Shown: positions 9,728-17,831 of the stretch, in pieces
How positions within the stretch are numbered: the stretch's first letter is position 1
Layout: each line of letters starts with the position of its first letter
NCBI GenBank assembly: GCA_040772905.1
Contig: JAXGXJ010000005.1
Coordinates: forward strand, 70,149 to 134,148
DNA from: Thermoleophilia bacterium
Lineage (GTDB): Bacteria; Actinomycetota; Thermoleophilia; RBG-16-64-13
DNA length: 64,000 nt
Reading direction: 5' to 3'
The notes under the pieces: model-generated
The model's input: the letters and a program-made list of their open reading frames with translations, nothing else
What the model was told of the DNA's origin: nothing
Database searches by the model: none
Translations under genes and position numbers: made by a program

Positions 9728-11740
9728 TCAGGCTATCGCCAGCGCCGCCCGGTAAGCGGATTCGGTGGCGTTGGCCACCTTGCCCACGCAGTTACAGTCG
9801 CCGATTTCGAAAACCGGAACGCCGGGGAGGGCGTTCTTTAGTGAGATGACCGTCTCCGAGTTCGCTTTCATGCCGACGCTGCAGCAAACCGTGTCCGCTT
9901 CAACCAGCAGCTGCGCGCCCGTATCGTCGCTGAGCTTGACGCCTTCGGGGAGTATCTCGATGCACCTGTAGCCGAGCAACTGGTCGACGCCCCGCCTTTC
10001 CATCTCGTCAAGCAGCGCTGCGCGCGGCATGCTGAAGGTCTCTTGAGCGATCCTTTCCAGCATCTCGACGACCGTCACCTCGTGCCCGGTGGCGGCAAGA
10101 TGAAGAGCGGTCTCGCAACCGACCAAGCCGCCGCCGATAACCACCACCCGCCTGCCGACCTTATCGAGGTTGTCGTAGAGCGTAAGGGCATCGACAGCAC
10201 GCTCGATCCCGGGGATGGACGGCACCAGCGGGGACGACCCCACCGCCAGGATGACCGCCTCGGGCTCGAACTCGCTCAAGAACCGAGGAGTCACCTCTGT
10301 ATCGAGCAGCACGGTGATCCCCCTCGTCTCCACCTCACGTATGAGCACGTCCTTGAACGCGCGCAGATCGGTCTTGTAGAAGTCGTGATCGGTGAAGGTC
10401 AAGATGCCGCCCAGAGCCCCAGACTGCTCGGCCAAGGTCACCGCGTGACCTCGTTCGCTCGCCGTTATGGCCGCCTGCATGCCGGCTACGCCACCTCCCA
10501 CCACGAGCACCCTGCGGCTCCGGGTAGGGGCCGGGAACTCCTCGGGGTTGATATGGAAGTTCGAAACCGGATTGATGGCGCACTGGCCGACCTGTGCCAA
10601 CATCTTGGGCATGACGAAGGGAACGAACTGCTCCGGCGGCAGCTCTGTGTCGTGTTCTCGGTAGCCACCCGGGTAGCAGTGGAAGCAGCGCACACACCGC
10701 CTGATGAGGTCCTCGCGCCCCGCGGCAGCCTTGTTCGGAAACTCGGGGTCTGCGAAGGCTTGGCGGCCAAGCACCACGAAGTCGGCCTGGCCGCTGGCAA
10801 TGATCTCCTCGGCGAGTTCGGGGCTGTTGATGCCGCCGATAACGGCCACCTTCGACTCCTTGACCGCATTCTTGATGCGGGCGGCGAAGGGGACGTTGTA
10901 GCCGTGCTTCTCGTAGATGCTCGTGAAGCAATGGGTTCGATATCCCAGCCATTTAAGACCGTTGGAGACGTGGATGATGTCCACCTTCCCGTCGATGAGC
11001 GTGCAGAACTCCACGCAGTCCTCGATGGTCATGCCCCCCTGCAGACCGTCCTCGGCACTGAAGCGGAGTTCGAGGATCATGTCCTCGCCGCCGGCCTCGC
11101 GCAGCGCTTTCAGCACCCGGAGCGGGAAGCGGGCTCGGTTCTCCATGCTCCCGCCATATTGGTCGGTCCTCGTGTTGAAGCGCGGCGAGATGAATTGCTG
11201 GAACAAGAAGCCGTGACCGCCGTGTAGAAGAACGCCGTCGAAGCCCGCGGCCATCATGAACCGGGCGGCTCGGGCGACGTCGTTGGCGATCTTGTCCATG
11301 ACCGCTTCATCCATGGCGAAGACTTCCACGCCGTCTTCGCGGATGAACGCCACCGGGCCGTAGGGGTGATAGGGCGGCTTGACCTCGGCGTACGAGACGT
11401 CATGCCCGAACTCCACCATAGCGATGGCCCCGTGCTTCTTGATTCTATTGGCGTACTCCTTGAAGCCCGCGAAGTAGACACCCTCGTGCTCGGAGTAGTC
11501 GACGGGAACGTTCATGAGGCAATCGCCCTCTTCGCGGTTAACGGCCGTCTCGCCGGTCGTGACTGCGGCGGCGCCTCCCTTCGCCCTGCGCTCGACCATG
11601 CTGAGGACGCCCTCTCCAAACCCCGGGAGGAAGGCGGCGGCGGCGAACATGGTAGGGCCGGTGATGATGCGGTTGCGGTAGGTGCGATCACGGATCGTGA
11701 TCGGGCTGAATAGATTCGGGTAATTGGTCATCTGAGGCAC
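9728..11740 (-). CDS. Old Yellow Enzyme-family NADH:flavin oxidoreductase fused to FAD/NAD(P)-binding domain (2,4-dienoyl-CoA reductase FadH-like)
   Basis: 670 aa. N-terminal OYE TIM-barrel signature (HGGHGFLFQQFISPRFNTRTDQYGGS), central CVRCFHC cluster motif, and two C-terminal Rossmann GxGxxG folds (VLVVGGGVAGMQAA, VVVIGGGLVGCE). Confidence 0.85.
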   Translation of the reverse strand: MPQMTNYPNLFSPITIRDRTYRNRIITGPTMFAAAAFLPGFGEGVLSMVERRAKGGAAAVTTGETAVNREEGDCLMNVPVDYSEHEGVYFAGFKEYANRIKKHGAIAMVEFGHDVSYAEVKPPYHPYGPVAFIREDGVEVFAMDEAVMDKIANDVARAARFMMAAGFDGVLLHGGHGFLFQQFISPRFNTRTDQYGGSMENRARFPLRVLKALREAGGEDMILELRFSAEDGLQGGMTIEDCVEFCTLIDGKVDIIHVSNGLKWLGYRTHCFTSIYEKHGYNVPFAARIKNAVKESKVAVIGGINSPELAEEIIASGQADFVVLGRQAFADPEFPNKAAAGREDLIRRCVRCFHCYPGGYREHDTELPPEQFVPFVMPKMLAQVGQCAINPVSNFHINPEEFPAPTRSRRVLVVGGGVAGMQAAITASERGHAVTLAEQSGALGGILTFTDHDFYKTDLRAFKDVLIREVETRGITVLLDTEVTPRFLSEFEPEAVILAVGSSPLVPSIPGIERAVDALTLYDNLDKVGRRVVVIGGGLVGCETALHLAATGHEVTVVEMLERIAQETFSMPRAALLDEMERRGVDQLLGYRCIEILPEGVKLSDDTGAQLLVEADTVCCSVGMKANSETVISLKNALPGVPVFEIGDCNCVGKVANATESAYRAALAIA

Positions 11741-11959
11741 TCCGTTCCGGTAGATTGCTTATTCGCTTCGTGTTCGCCAGTGGCTGGCTTCAGTCGAGGC
11801 CACTTCTCGCGGCTGCGCGTAGTGCGCTGTCGTTACCAGCAAGTGGCTGCCGAAACAGCGCCGCGTCGAGGACAACATGCGAGCCATGGAGGCGCCGCGA
11901 CGGAAGGTCGAGACACGCCCAAAGCGGCCGCCAGACGACGAGCCTCGAGAGGTCCCGCG

Positions 11960-12186
11960 ATGATATTCGGCGTTGGTACCAATCCACCCGGTTCGCCGCC
12001 AAGGAGGCCGTCTTCAAGTCTCTCAGGCCGTCCAGTGACTCCAGCTGCGACCCGCGGGAGGCTAAGATACTCGACGACGCGTCCGGCCTCGCCTGCGCGG
12101 TGCTGCGCGGCCGTCTGCAGGAGCTTGCCGACCGGGAGCACGTTTCGTCATCCATGTCTCGGTCTCCGATGAAGACGACTACGTGA
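11960..12186 (+). pseudogene. acpS: holo-ACP synthase (AcpS) remnant with internal deletion and frameshift
   Basis: MIFGVGTN (AcpS N-terminus) in one frame is followed at once, in another frame, by the PPTase signature RFAAKEAVFKSL and an AcpS-like C-terminus (PREAKILDDASG...LQELADREHV). About 40 codons between the two motifs are missing. Confidence 0.4.
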
Positions 12187-12560
12187 TTGTGTCCGCCACT
12201 GCCGAAGTCAGGGCCTGAGACCATCACCGGGCCGTCTCTTTCAGGTTGAGCGTATGCAGGTGCACCTGCCTATACACGCCCTTGATGCCGGTATCTTCGT
12301 GGAGGTCGACCCTGGATTGATTGCGAAGACCCTATACATACGCACTCCCCTGAGCGCGCGCGCACGAGATGGCGATGCCGCAGATGATATCTGCCGCGGA
12401 AGCGCCTCGCGAACAGTCGCTGACCATCTTTCTCCGTCCTTGCAGGAACCGGCCGTAGGCATCCGCGCGCCCGAACGCCGCCTCCAGTATCGTATGGCCG
12501 CGTCGGGCTTCCAGCATCCGTCCGTCTACTGCAATATGAGACGACACGCTCGCCACCGGT

Positions 12561-14345
12561 TTACCGGAAGACGTAGCCCTTGTGCTCGTACTTCGGCGGC
12601 ACGACCGGAACCACCAGATACGAATCGAACCGGCCACCGGTGTGGATGATGTGCCGCCCCTCGTTCCTGGTCTCGTAGACGAGAGGCAGGAACCATGTCG
12701 CATCACGCACCAGCCGCGGCGCCACGTTTACCCGCAGCGTCTCCCCCTTGTGCCAGATCCGGCTCGAGGGCCAGATCTCCACGTCGACCGCGACGATCTC
12801 CCCTTTCTCGAGAAGCTGCTCGCTGCGATGGGTGTGGATGGGAAGGTAGTCCGTGCTCTTCTCGGCGTCCAGTTCTCGGTGTGAGACACGCAGTTTGCCG
12901 GGAGCACCCGGGTCGTTCTCTCCAAACACCGTGACTGGGATGATCGTACCGTCGTCCCGCACCTTCTGAAGATAGACGAACAGATCCATGTCGCTGGACC
13001 CATCGGCCTCGACCCATAGCCGCAGCTTCGCGAAGCCGGTGATCTCGGTCTCTTCCTCCATGACCAGGTCGAAGTTGGCCTCGCCGGTGTTGGCGTCATA
13101 GGAGATGCTGGCCTCCTGGTCTACAGGCTCGCGGTTCAGAGAGCCGTCGTCCGCGTTCAGGTAGAGGCGGGTGTAGGTGGTTCTCTCCGGAGGATACTCG
13201 CCCTCGGGCCGATCGATCTGGTAGTCGTAGTCGAATGCGTCCATGACTCCGAGCCTCACACGCGGCGTCATCTCCCAACCGTTGTGGATCTCTTTCAGGT
13301 ACCGATCGAAGAACAACTTGAGATCCGCCATGTACTTGGGATTGTTGAAGTCCGGCCACTCGAAATCACGGTGCATGCGCATCCACTTCTGCCGCGAGCG
13401 GATCTTGAGGTACGACTGGATCGTGCCCCTCAGATGTAACGGGTGTGTGTAGCCGGCCGTGGCGTATACCGGGATGCGGATGTTCTCGACCTTGGCCTTG
13501 TAGTCGTTCCAGTAAGTGTCGAAGAGCGGGTGGACTTTCATGTCCTCGACCGGGTCTTGGATGAGACCGTTCCCGCGTAGCGAAAGGTGGATCATGCCGG
13601 CAAAAGCCGCATAGGGTATGCCGCCGGGGAACATGGACTCGCGGTAGAAGTCGGCCGTCCCTTCCCAAGGCGCGATGCACTTGAGAGAGGGAGGACATTC
13701 GGCCGCCACGAACCATTGAGCGATGGCGAGGCCAGAATTACCGGCCATCCCCACGTTGCCGTTGCACCACTTCTGTTTGGCCAGCCACTCGACGATGTCG
13801 GCACCATCTCGCCCGTACTGGCTGTTCATGCCCTGGAAGTCGCCCTCGGAGTACCCGACCCCCGCCGCGTCTACGTTGGCCACCGCGTACCCGTTGCGAC
13901 ACCAGTAAGAAGGGTCGGGGGCTTCGAACGCCGCTAGAACCGAGATCGTCCCCTTGGGCACCCCCATGGCCTGATGAAGCCCGGGAGCGATACCCTGGCC
14001 ATACCAATGCCGCTTGCCGAAAGGGGTATAGGCAACGATGACAGGGACGTCGACCTGGTCTTTCGGCCGGTAGATGTCCACGTACAGCCTGCGACCGTCT
14101 CGCGTGGGGGCAGCCACATCCCGCTCGTAGATGATGTCTCCGGCGACCACCTCAGTGCCCGGCTCGAGCGGGGCGTAATAGTTGGTGATGAAGCCGGCTT
14201 CGAGAGGCTGCCGCCGGAAGTTGACGACTATGTCCTGTCCGTCGATTGTTATGGTCTTCTGGACCTTCTCGAAGGGGTTCTCGGTGCCACGAGTGTGGAA
14301 CTCGCGCATCTTCTCCTCTTCGGCGCTCTTCTCGTACTTCGCCAA
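12561..14345 (-). CDS. CocE/NonD family hydrolase (S15 / Xaa-Pro dipeptidyl-peptidase-like alpha/beta hydrolase)
   Basis: 594 aa. Nucleophile elbow GMAGNSGLAIAQW and C-terminal beta-sandwich domain. TTG start at 14345 after GAAAGGAGG. Confidence 0.8.
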   Translation of the reverse strand: MAKYEKSAEEEKMREFHTRGTENPFEKVQKTITIDGQDIVVNFRRQPLEAGFITNYYAPLEPGTEVVAGDIIYERDVAAPTRDGRRLYVDIYRPKDQVDVPVIVAYTPFGKRHWYGQGIAPGLHQAMGVPKGTISVLAAFEAPDPSYWCRNGYAVANVDAAGVGYSEGDFQGMNSQYGRDGADIVEWLAKQKWCNGNVGMAGNSGLAIAQWFVAAECPPSLKCIAPWEGTADFYRESMFPGGIPYAAFAGMIHLSLRGNGLIQDPVEDMKVHPLFDTYWNDYKAKVENIRIPVYATAGYTHPLHLRGTIQSYLKIRSRQKWMRMHRDFEWPDFNNPKYMADLKLFFDRYLKEIHNGWEMTPRVRLGVMDAFDYDYQIDRPEGEYPPERTTYTRLYLNADDGSLNREPVDQEASISYDANTGEANFDLVMEEETEITGFAKLRLWVEADGSSDMDLFVYLQKVRDDGTIIPVTVFGENDPGAPGKLRVSHRELDAEKSTDYLPIHTHRSEQLLEKGEIVAVDVEIWPSSRIWHKGETLRVNVAPRLVRDATWFLPLVYETRNEGRHIIHTGGRFDSYLVVPVVPPKYEHKGYVFR

Positions 14346-14426
14346 GATGTGCCTCCTTTCAATCGGCCCGGATCAGGAGCGGGCCGCAGCGTTCTCGCCG
14401 GCTATGCGGCCGAATCTTCTGGGCGA

Positions 14427-14777
14427 TCAGGCGAAAGCCTTGTCGTGGCTGGGGCCCACCCGCTCCTCGAGCGTCTTCAGTTGGCCGATGGGGGACTTCT
14501 CGTAGATGGGCGAGCCCAGGATGAGGCCGTCACAGTCCATGACGAGCTCGTCGATGAAGGCGAAGTCGTCGTCCTTGATGGTGCAGGCCCCGCCACCGCC
14601 TCTCTCCATAATATCGAGCGTGCAGGAGCTGCAGCCGGTACAGGGTTTGATGTAGTAGTCCTGCAGGCGAAGGAACTGTACCTCGGCACCCACCTCCTCC
14701 GCGCCCATGAGCGCTTCCTTGACCAAGATCCCTGTGTCGCTCATACGGCGGCCGCAGGAGATGCCGAGGACTTTCAT
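14427..14777 (-). CDS. truncated iron-sulfur flavoprotein (Isf)/NADPH-FMN-reductase-like flavodoxin-fold protein; probable 3'-deleted pseudogene
   Basis: 116 aa matching only the N-terminal ~60 percent of Isf-type proteins (MKVLGISCGRR...KPCTGCSSC...GLILGSPIY). A stop follows, then 80 bp of non-coding DNA before the next gene. Confidence 0.5.
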   Translation of the reverse strand: MKVLGISCGRRMSDTGILVKEALMGAEEVGAEVQFLRLQDYYIKPCTGCSSCTLDIMERGGGGACTIKDDDFAFIDELVMDCDGLILGSPIYEKSPIGQLKTLEERVGPSHDKAFA

Positions 14778-14812
14778 CGGTTCCTCTCTGCTTCGTCCCT
14801 TGGGTGAGTCCT

Positions 14813-16078
14813 TCAGAGCACCCCGAATTCGTCCGCGGCCTCCCGCATTGCCAGCACGTTCTCCGGCTTGGCCTCGTCGGGAATGCCCTGATTGCCGTCG
14901 ATGATGAGCGCACCGGTGTCCCCGAACAGCTCGATCAGCTCCCGGACGTCATCCTTGACCTGTTGAGGAGTGCCTGTGCAGAGGAGCGAAGCCGGCACGT
15001 TGCCCCAGAAGCACATGACGTCCCCGCACACTTCCTTGAACTTCTTGCGATCGATGTGATCGAAGTGTGCGGCCACCTTGCCGGCCGGTAACTGCGCAAG
15101 GTATTTGAGTCTGGAGTTATAGCCGCCTTCGAAGAGCGGCTCAGGCGTGAGTCCTTCTGCGATGAGCGCGTGGATCAGCCGCGAGAAGCTGGGCCAGTAG
15201 AACTTCTCGAACGCCTCCTCGCTCATGAAATTGTCCGCTCCCCGGTGCATGGGGATGAAGACCCGCGGATTGCCGGACATCTTGGCTGCGCCGACCGCGG
15301 AGGCGATGGACACGGGCTCCATGAGTTCGACAGCGGCGAGCAACTTGTCCGGGTTGCGATAGATGTCCAGGCTGCCACCACGCAGCCCGCGGAAGAAGTC
15401 CGAGACCATGTCGAACGGCGGCACGGTGACCGAAACATGCGCGTAGGGGTAGCCAAGCGCAGACATCTCGCCGATATATGCGCCCATGACCTGGTTGTGC
15501 CGGTCCGTCGCATCTGCCAGCTGCAGCAGCGCTTCGAGCACCGCCCGCAGGGGCGGAGCAGCCAGTACGTTGCCTCCCAGCGCTATCAGGTTGTACGAGT
15601 TCGATAGCCAGTAGAGCGGTGGAAGCGGCATCTGGCCGAGCCCTCCCAGACCTCCTGCCATCCGGGGCAGCAACTGGGTGAGGGTGAAGCCGTTGGGGTC
15701 GGCAAGGAACCCGTCGTATTCATCCTCGGCCAGCCACTCGTTCTCGACGAACTGGAAGGGAGCGTCGTCAGGAAGGTCGCCACCGGGCCACCGGATCTGC
15801 TTGACTCCGACGGCCTCAAGGGTTTCCGAGGGAAACATGCCGTTGGGTACCGCCCAATCCCAGCCGAACTCAAGCACGGCTTCCTTCATGCAGCGGTAGC
15901 GCAGAGCGTTGTCGTAGCCCGCGTCCTTGTTGGATACGCCCTTGATCCGCGTGGGAAAGTAGTGAACCACCTGGGGCATCACCGGGATGCGATCGGGCTT
16001 CCGGAGGGCGACGATGTCGTTGAAGCGCTTCTCCCGCTCGGCGAACAGTCTTTCGGGTGCCTTGCTTGCAGCGGTCAT
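14813..16078 (-). CDS. uroporphyrinogen decarboxylase (URO-D) family protein, MtaA/CmuA-type corrinoid methyltransferase-like
   Basis: 421 aa with overall URO-D family pattern. Confidence 0.7.
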   Translation of the reverse strand: MTAASKAPERLFAEREKRFNDIVALRKPDRIPVMPQVVHYFPTRIKGVSNKDAGYDNALRYRCMKEAVLEFGWDWAVPNGMFPSETLEAVGVKQIRWPGGDLPDDAPFQFVENEWLAEDEYDGFLADPNGFTLTQLLPRMAGGLGGLGQMPLPPLYWLSNSYNLIALGGNVLAAPPLRAVLEALLQLADATDRHNQVMGAYIGEMSALGYPYAHVSVTVPPFDMVSDFFRGLRGGSLDIYRNPDKLLAAVELMEPVSIASAVGAAKMSGNPRVFIPMHRGADNFMSEEAFEKFYWPSFSRLIHALIAEGLTPEPLFEGGYNSRLKYLAQLPAGKVAAHFDHIDRKKFKEVCGDVMCFWGNVPASLLCTGTPQQVKDDVRELIELFGDTGALIIDGNQGIPDEAKPENVLAMREAADEFGVL

Positions 16079-16079
16079 C

Positions 16080-16292
16080 TCACGCCCCTCCTGCTGTCTT
16101 GTTCGCGAACGCCATCGCCTCCATGGCGTTGTCGCCGTAGGCGTCGGCGCCGGCGTACTTGCGCGCGGTGTCGTCCATCTGGCCGCCGCCGTTGATCACC
16201 TTCGGGTCTTCACCCTGCGCCAGCAGGTCGTCGACGATCTGAAGGGCTCCCTTCTCCTTCATGTCGGCCATGGCTTCTACGACTTCATGCAT
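16080..16292 (-). CDS. small protein resembling the B12-binding N-terminal cap (B12-binding_2) domain only
   Basis: 70 aa (LQIVDDLLAQGEDPKVINGG...MEAMAF) resembling the helical cap of corrinoid proteins. No Rossmann DxHxxG domain follows. Its stop abuts the start of the methyltransferase. Confidence 0.35.
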   Translation of the reverse strand: MHEVVEAMADMKEKGALQIVDDLLAQGEDPKVINGGGQMDDTARKYAGADAYGDNAMEAMAFANKTAGGA

Positions 16293-16366
16293 GTTTCGCT
16301 CCTCGGACTCTCACTCGTACCGAACCGGCTGGTTGCCCTTCGTCTCCCGAACCGGAGCGATGTGAC

Positions 16367-16395
16367 GGCCGGGGCTGACTATGCCAGCCCCGGCC
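16367..16395 (-). terminator. GC-rich hairpin downstream of livK-like gene
   Basis: Inverted repeat GGCCGGGGCTG-actatg-CAGCCCCGGCC, 50-75 bp after the stop of the substrate-binding protein. No T-tract, as is common in high-GC bacteria. Confidence 0.4.
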
Positions 16396-16441
16396 AGACA
16401 CCACGACCGGCCCCAGGGGGAAAGGGCGGTCCGTAGAGTTG

Positions 16442-17767
16442 CTAGTTGAGAGGTGTGACAAACTCGAACTGCCCGTTCTTGATCTGCCAGAGCACCATGC
16501 TGCCTCTCGCCCCCATGGAGTTGTCGTCCGGGGAGAAGTTCATGGGGCCTTCGAGAGTCGGAATGTTCTTAAGGTTGTTGAGGGCTTCAGCCACTTTGGC
16601 TTGATCTAACTCGCCGGCCTGGTTCATCGCCGCGACCAGTACCGTCACCAGGTCTGAGCCGTCAGCGGCAAAGAAGTCAGGGGGTGCGTTGTACTTATCC
16701 TGGTAGATCTTGGCGAAATCGAGCAGGAGGGGCTTGGTGGGGAAGTCGTCCGGCAGACCTTGCGGGTTGGCATTGCCTCCCGGATCGGGAACGTAGACAC
16801 CATCCACAGCCTCCGGGCCCATGCTGAAGACCGCCGGATGAGCGCAGGAACTACCGGCGACGATGGGTAGTGTCACACCCAGACCCTTCAGTCCCTTCGA
16901 CACGGCCGGGAACCCGAGGGGGTTCAGGAAGGCGATGATGGCGTCCGGTTTCAGGCTATCGATCTGCTGCATCATCTTGTTGAGGATGGGCTGAAAGTCG
17001 GACTGGGTCAACTCCACGGTGTCCGGCATGAGGGTGAACTTGAAGCCGTTGGCCGCCGCCGCATCGCCGGTCAGCTTGAGGGTCTCCTGATCGATCGACA
17101 GTGTGTCGCCGAGCGCGAGGATGTTCTTCCACCCGAAGTGGGCAATCATCTTCACCAGGGCATCAGCCTGCACGGGGCCGCCGGCAGTCGTCATCACGCT
17201 CCACTCATACTTGGGGCCATTCATCTGATCGATGGTGGCGGGACCGTTCAATACCGCCGGGACTTTGTACTGCTCGGCAATCTGGCGAGCCGCTGCTTGC
17301 ATCTGCTGGGCCCACGGGCCGATAGTCGCGAACACCTTGTCCTGCTGGATGAGCTTGTTCAGGTTCGCGACGGCTTGCGCAACGTCTGTCTTATCGTCGT
17401 ACTCGATGATCTGAAGCGGACGGCCGTTGACGCCTCCATTGGCGTTGACATACTCCACCCGTACCGCGACGCCCTGAGTGAACGTCTTGCAAGGAGCGGC
17501 ACCCACCCCGGTCTCGCTGATCGAGAGGCCGATCTTTATCGGCTCTCCGGTTGCGGGACCGACAGCCGCGGTCGTATCGGTGGAGACGGCCGCAGTTGTT
17601 TCGGTCCCCGCAGGCGCGGTGGTGTCGGTGGCCGGCGCAGCAGTGGTGCCTGTGCTGTTCGGAGCTGCTGCCGTCGTGGTGGTCGTCGCATCGCCGCAGG
17701 CAGCTGCCACAACCGCGACCAGCAGCAGAAGCACAAGAAGGCATGCCACCATATAGCGTTTGCTCAT
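16442..17767 (-). CDS. livK: ABC transporter substrate-binding lipoprotein (branched-chain amino acid LivK family)
   Basis: ATG at 17767 after AAAGGAGGAAGGGA. Lipobox-like VVAAACGD followed by a Thr/Ala-rich linker. Type-I periplasmic binding fold pattern. Confidence 0.8.
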   Translation of the reverse strand: MSKRYMVACLLVLLLLVAVVAAACGDATTTTTAAAPNSTGTTAAPATDTTAPAGTETTAAVSTDTTAAVGPATGEPIKIGLSISETGVGAAPCKTFTQGVAVRVEYVNANGGVNGRPLQIIEYDDKTDVAQAVANLNKLIQQDKVFATIGPWAQQMQAAARQIAEQYKVPAVLNGPATIDQMNGPKYEWSVMTTAGGPVQADALVKMIAHFGWKNILALGDTLSIDQETLKLTGDAAAANGFKFTLMPDTVELTQSDFQPILNKMMQQIDSLKPDAIIAFLNPLGFPAVSKGLKGLGVTLPIVAGSSCAHPAVFSMGPEAVDGVYVPDPGGNANPQGLPDDFPTKPLLLDFAKIYQDKYNAPPDFFAADGSDLVTVLVAAMNQAGELDQAKVAEALNNLKNIPTLEGPMNFSPDDNSMGARGSMVLWQIKNGQFEFVTPLN

Positions 17768-17831
17768 CTGTCCCTTCCTCCTTTTGGTGCCTCGCACCGT
17801 GTCCAGTTTTCCGTGCCCCTGAAAGCGTGCG

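Noticed and set aside
10043-11227. 394-aa ORF on the plus strand
   Set aside because: It lies antisense to the well-supported OYE reductase gene and is a low-complexity Arg/Ala/Gly-rich translation typical of high-GC shadow frames. The same applies to 2850..3911 (-), 13974..14807 (+), 19084..20649 (-), 40946..42346 (+), 48863..49939 (-) and 61840..63594 (+).
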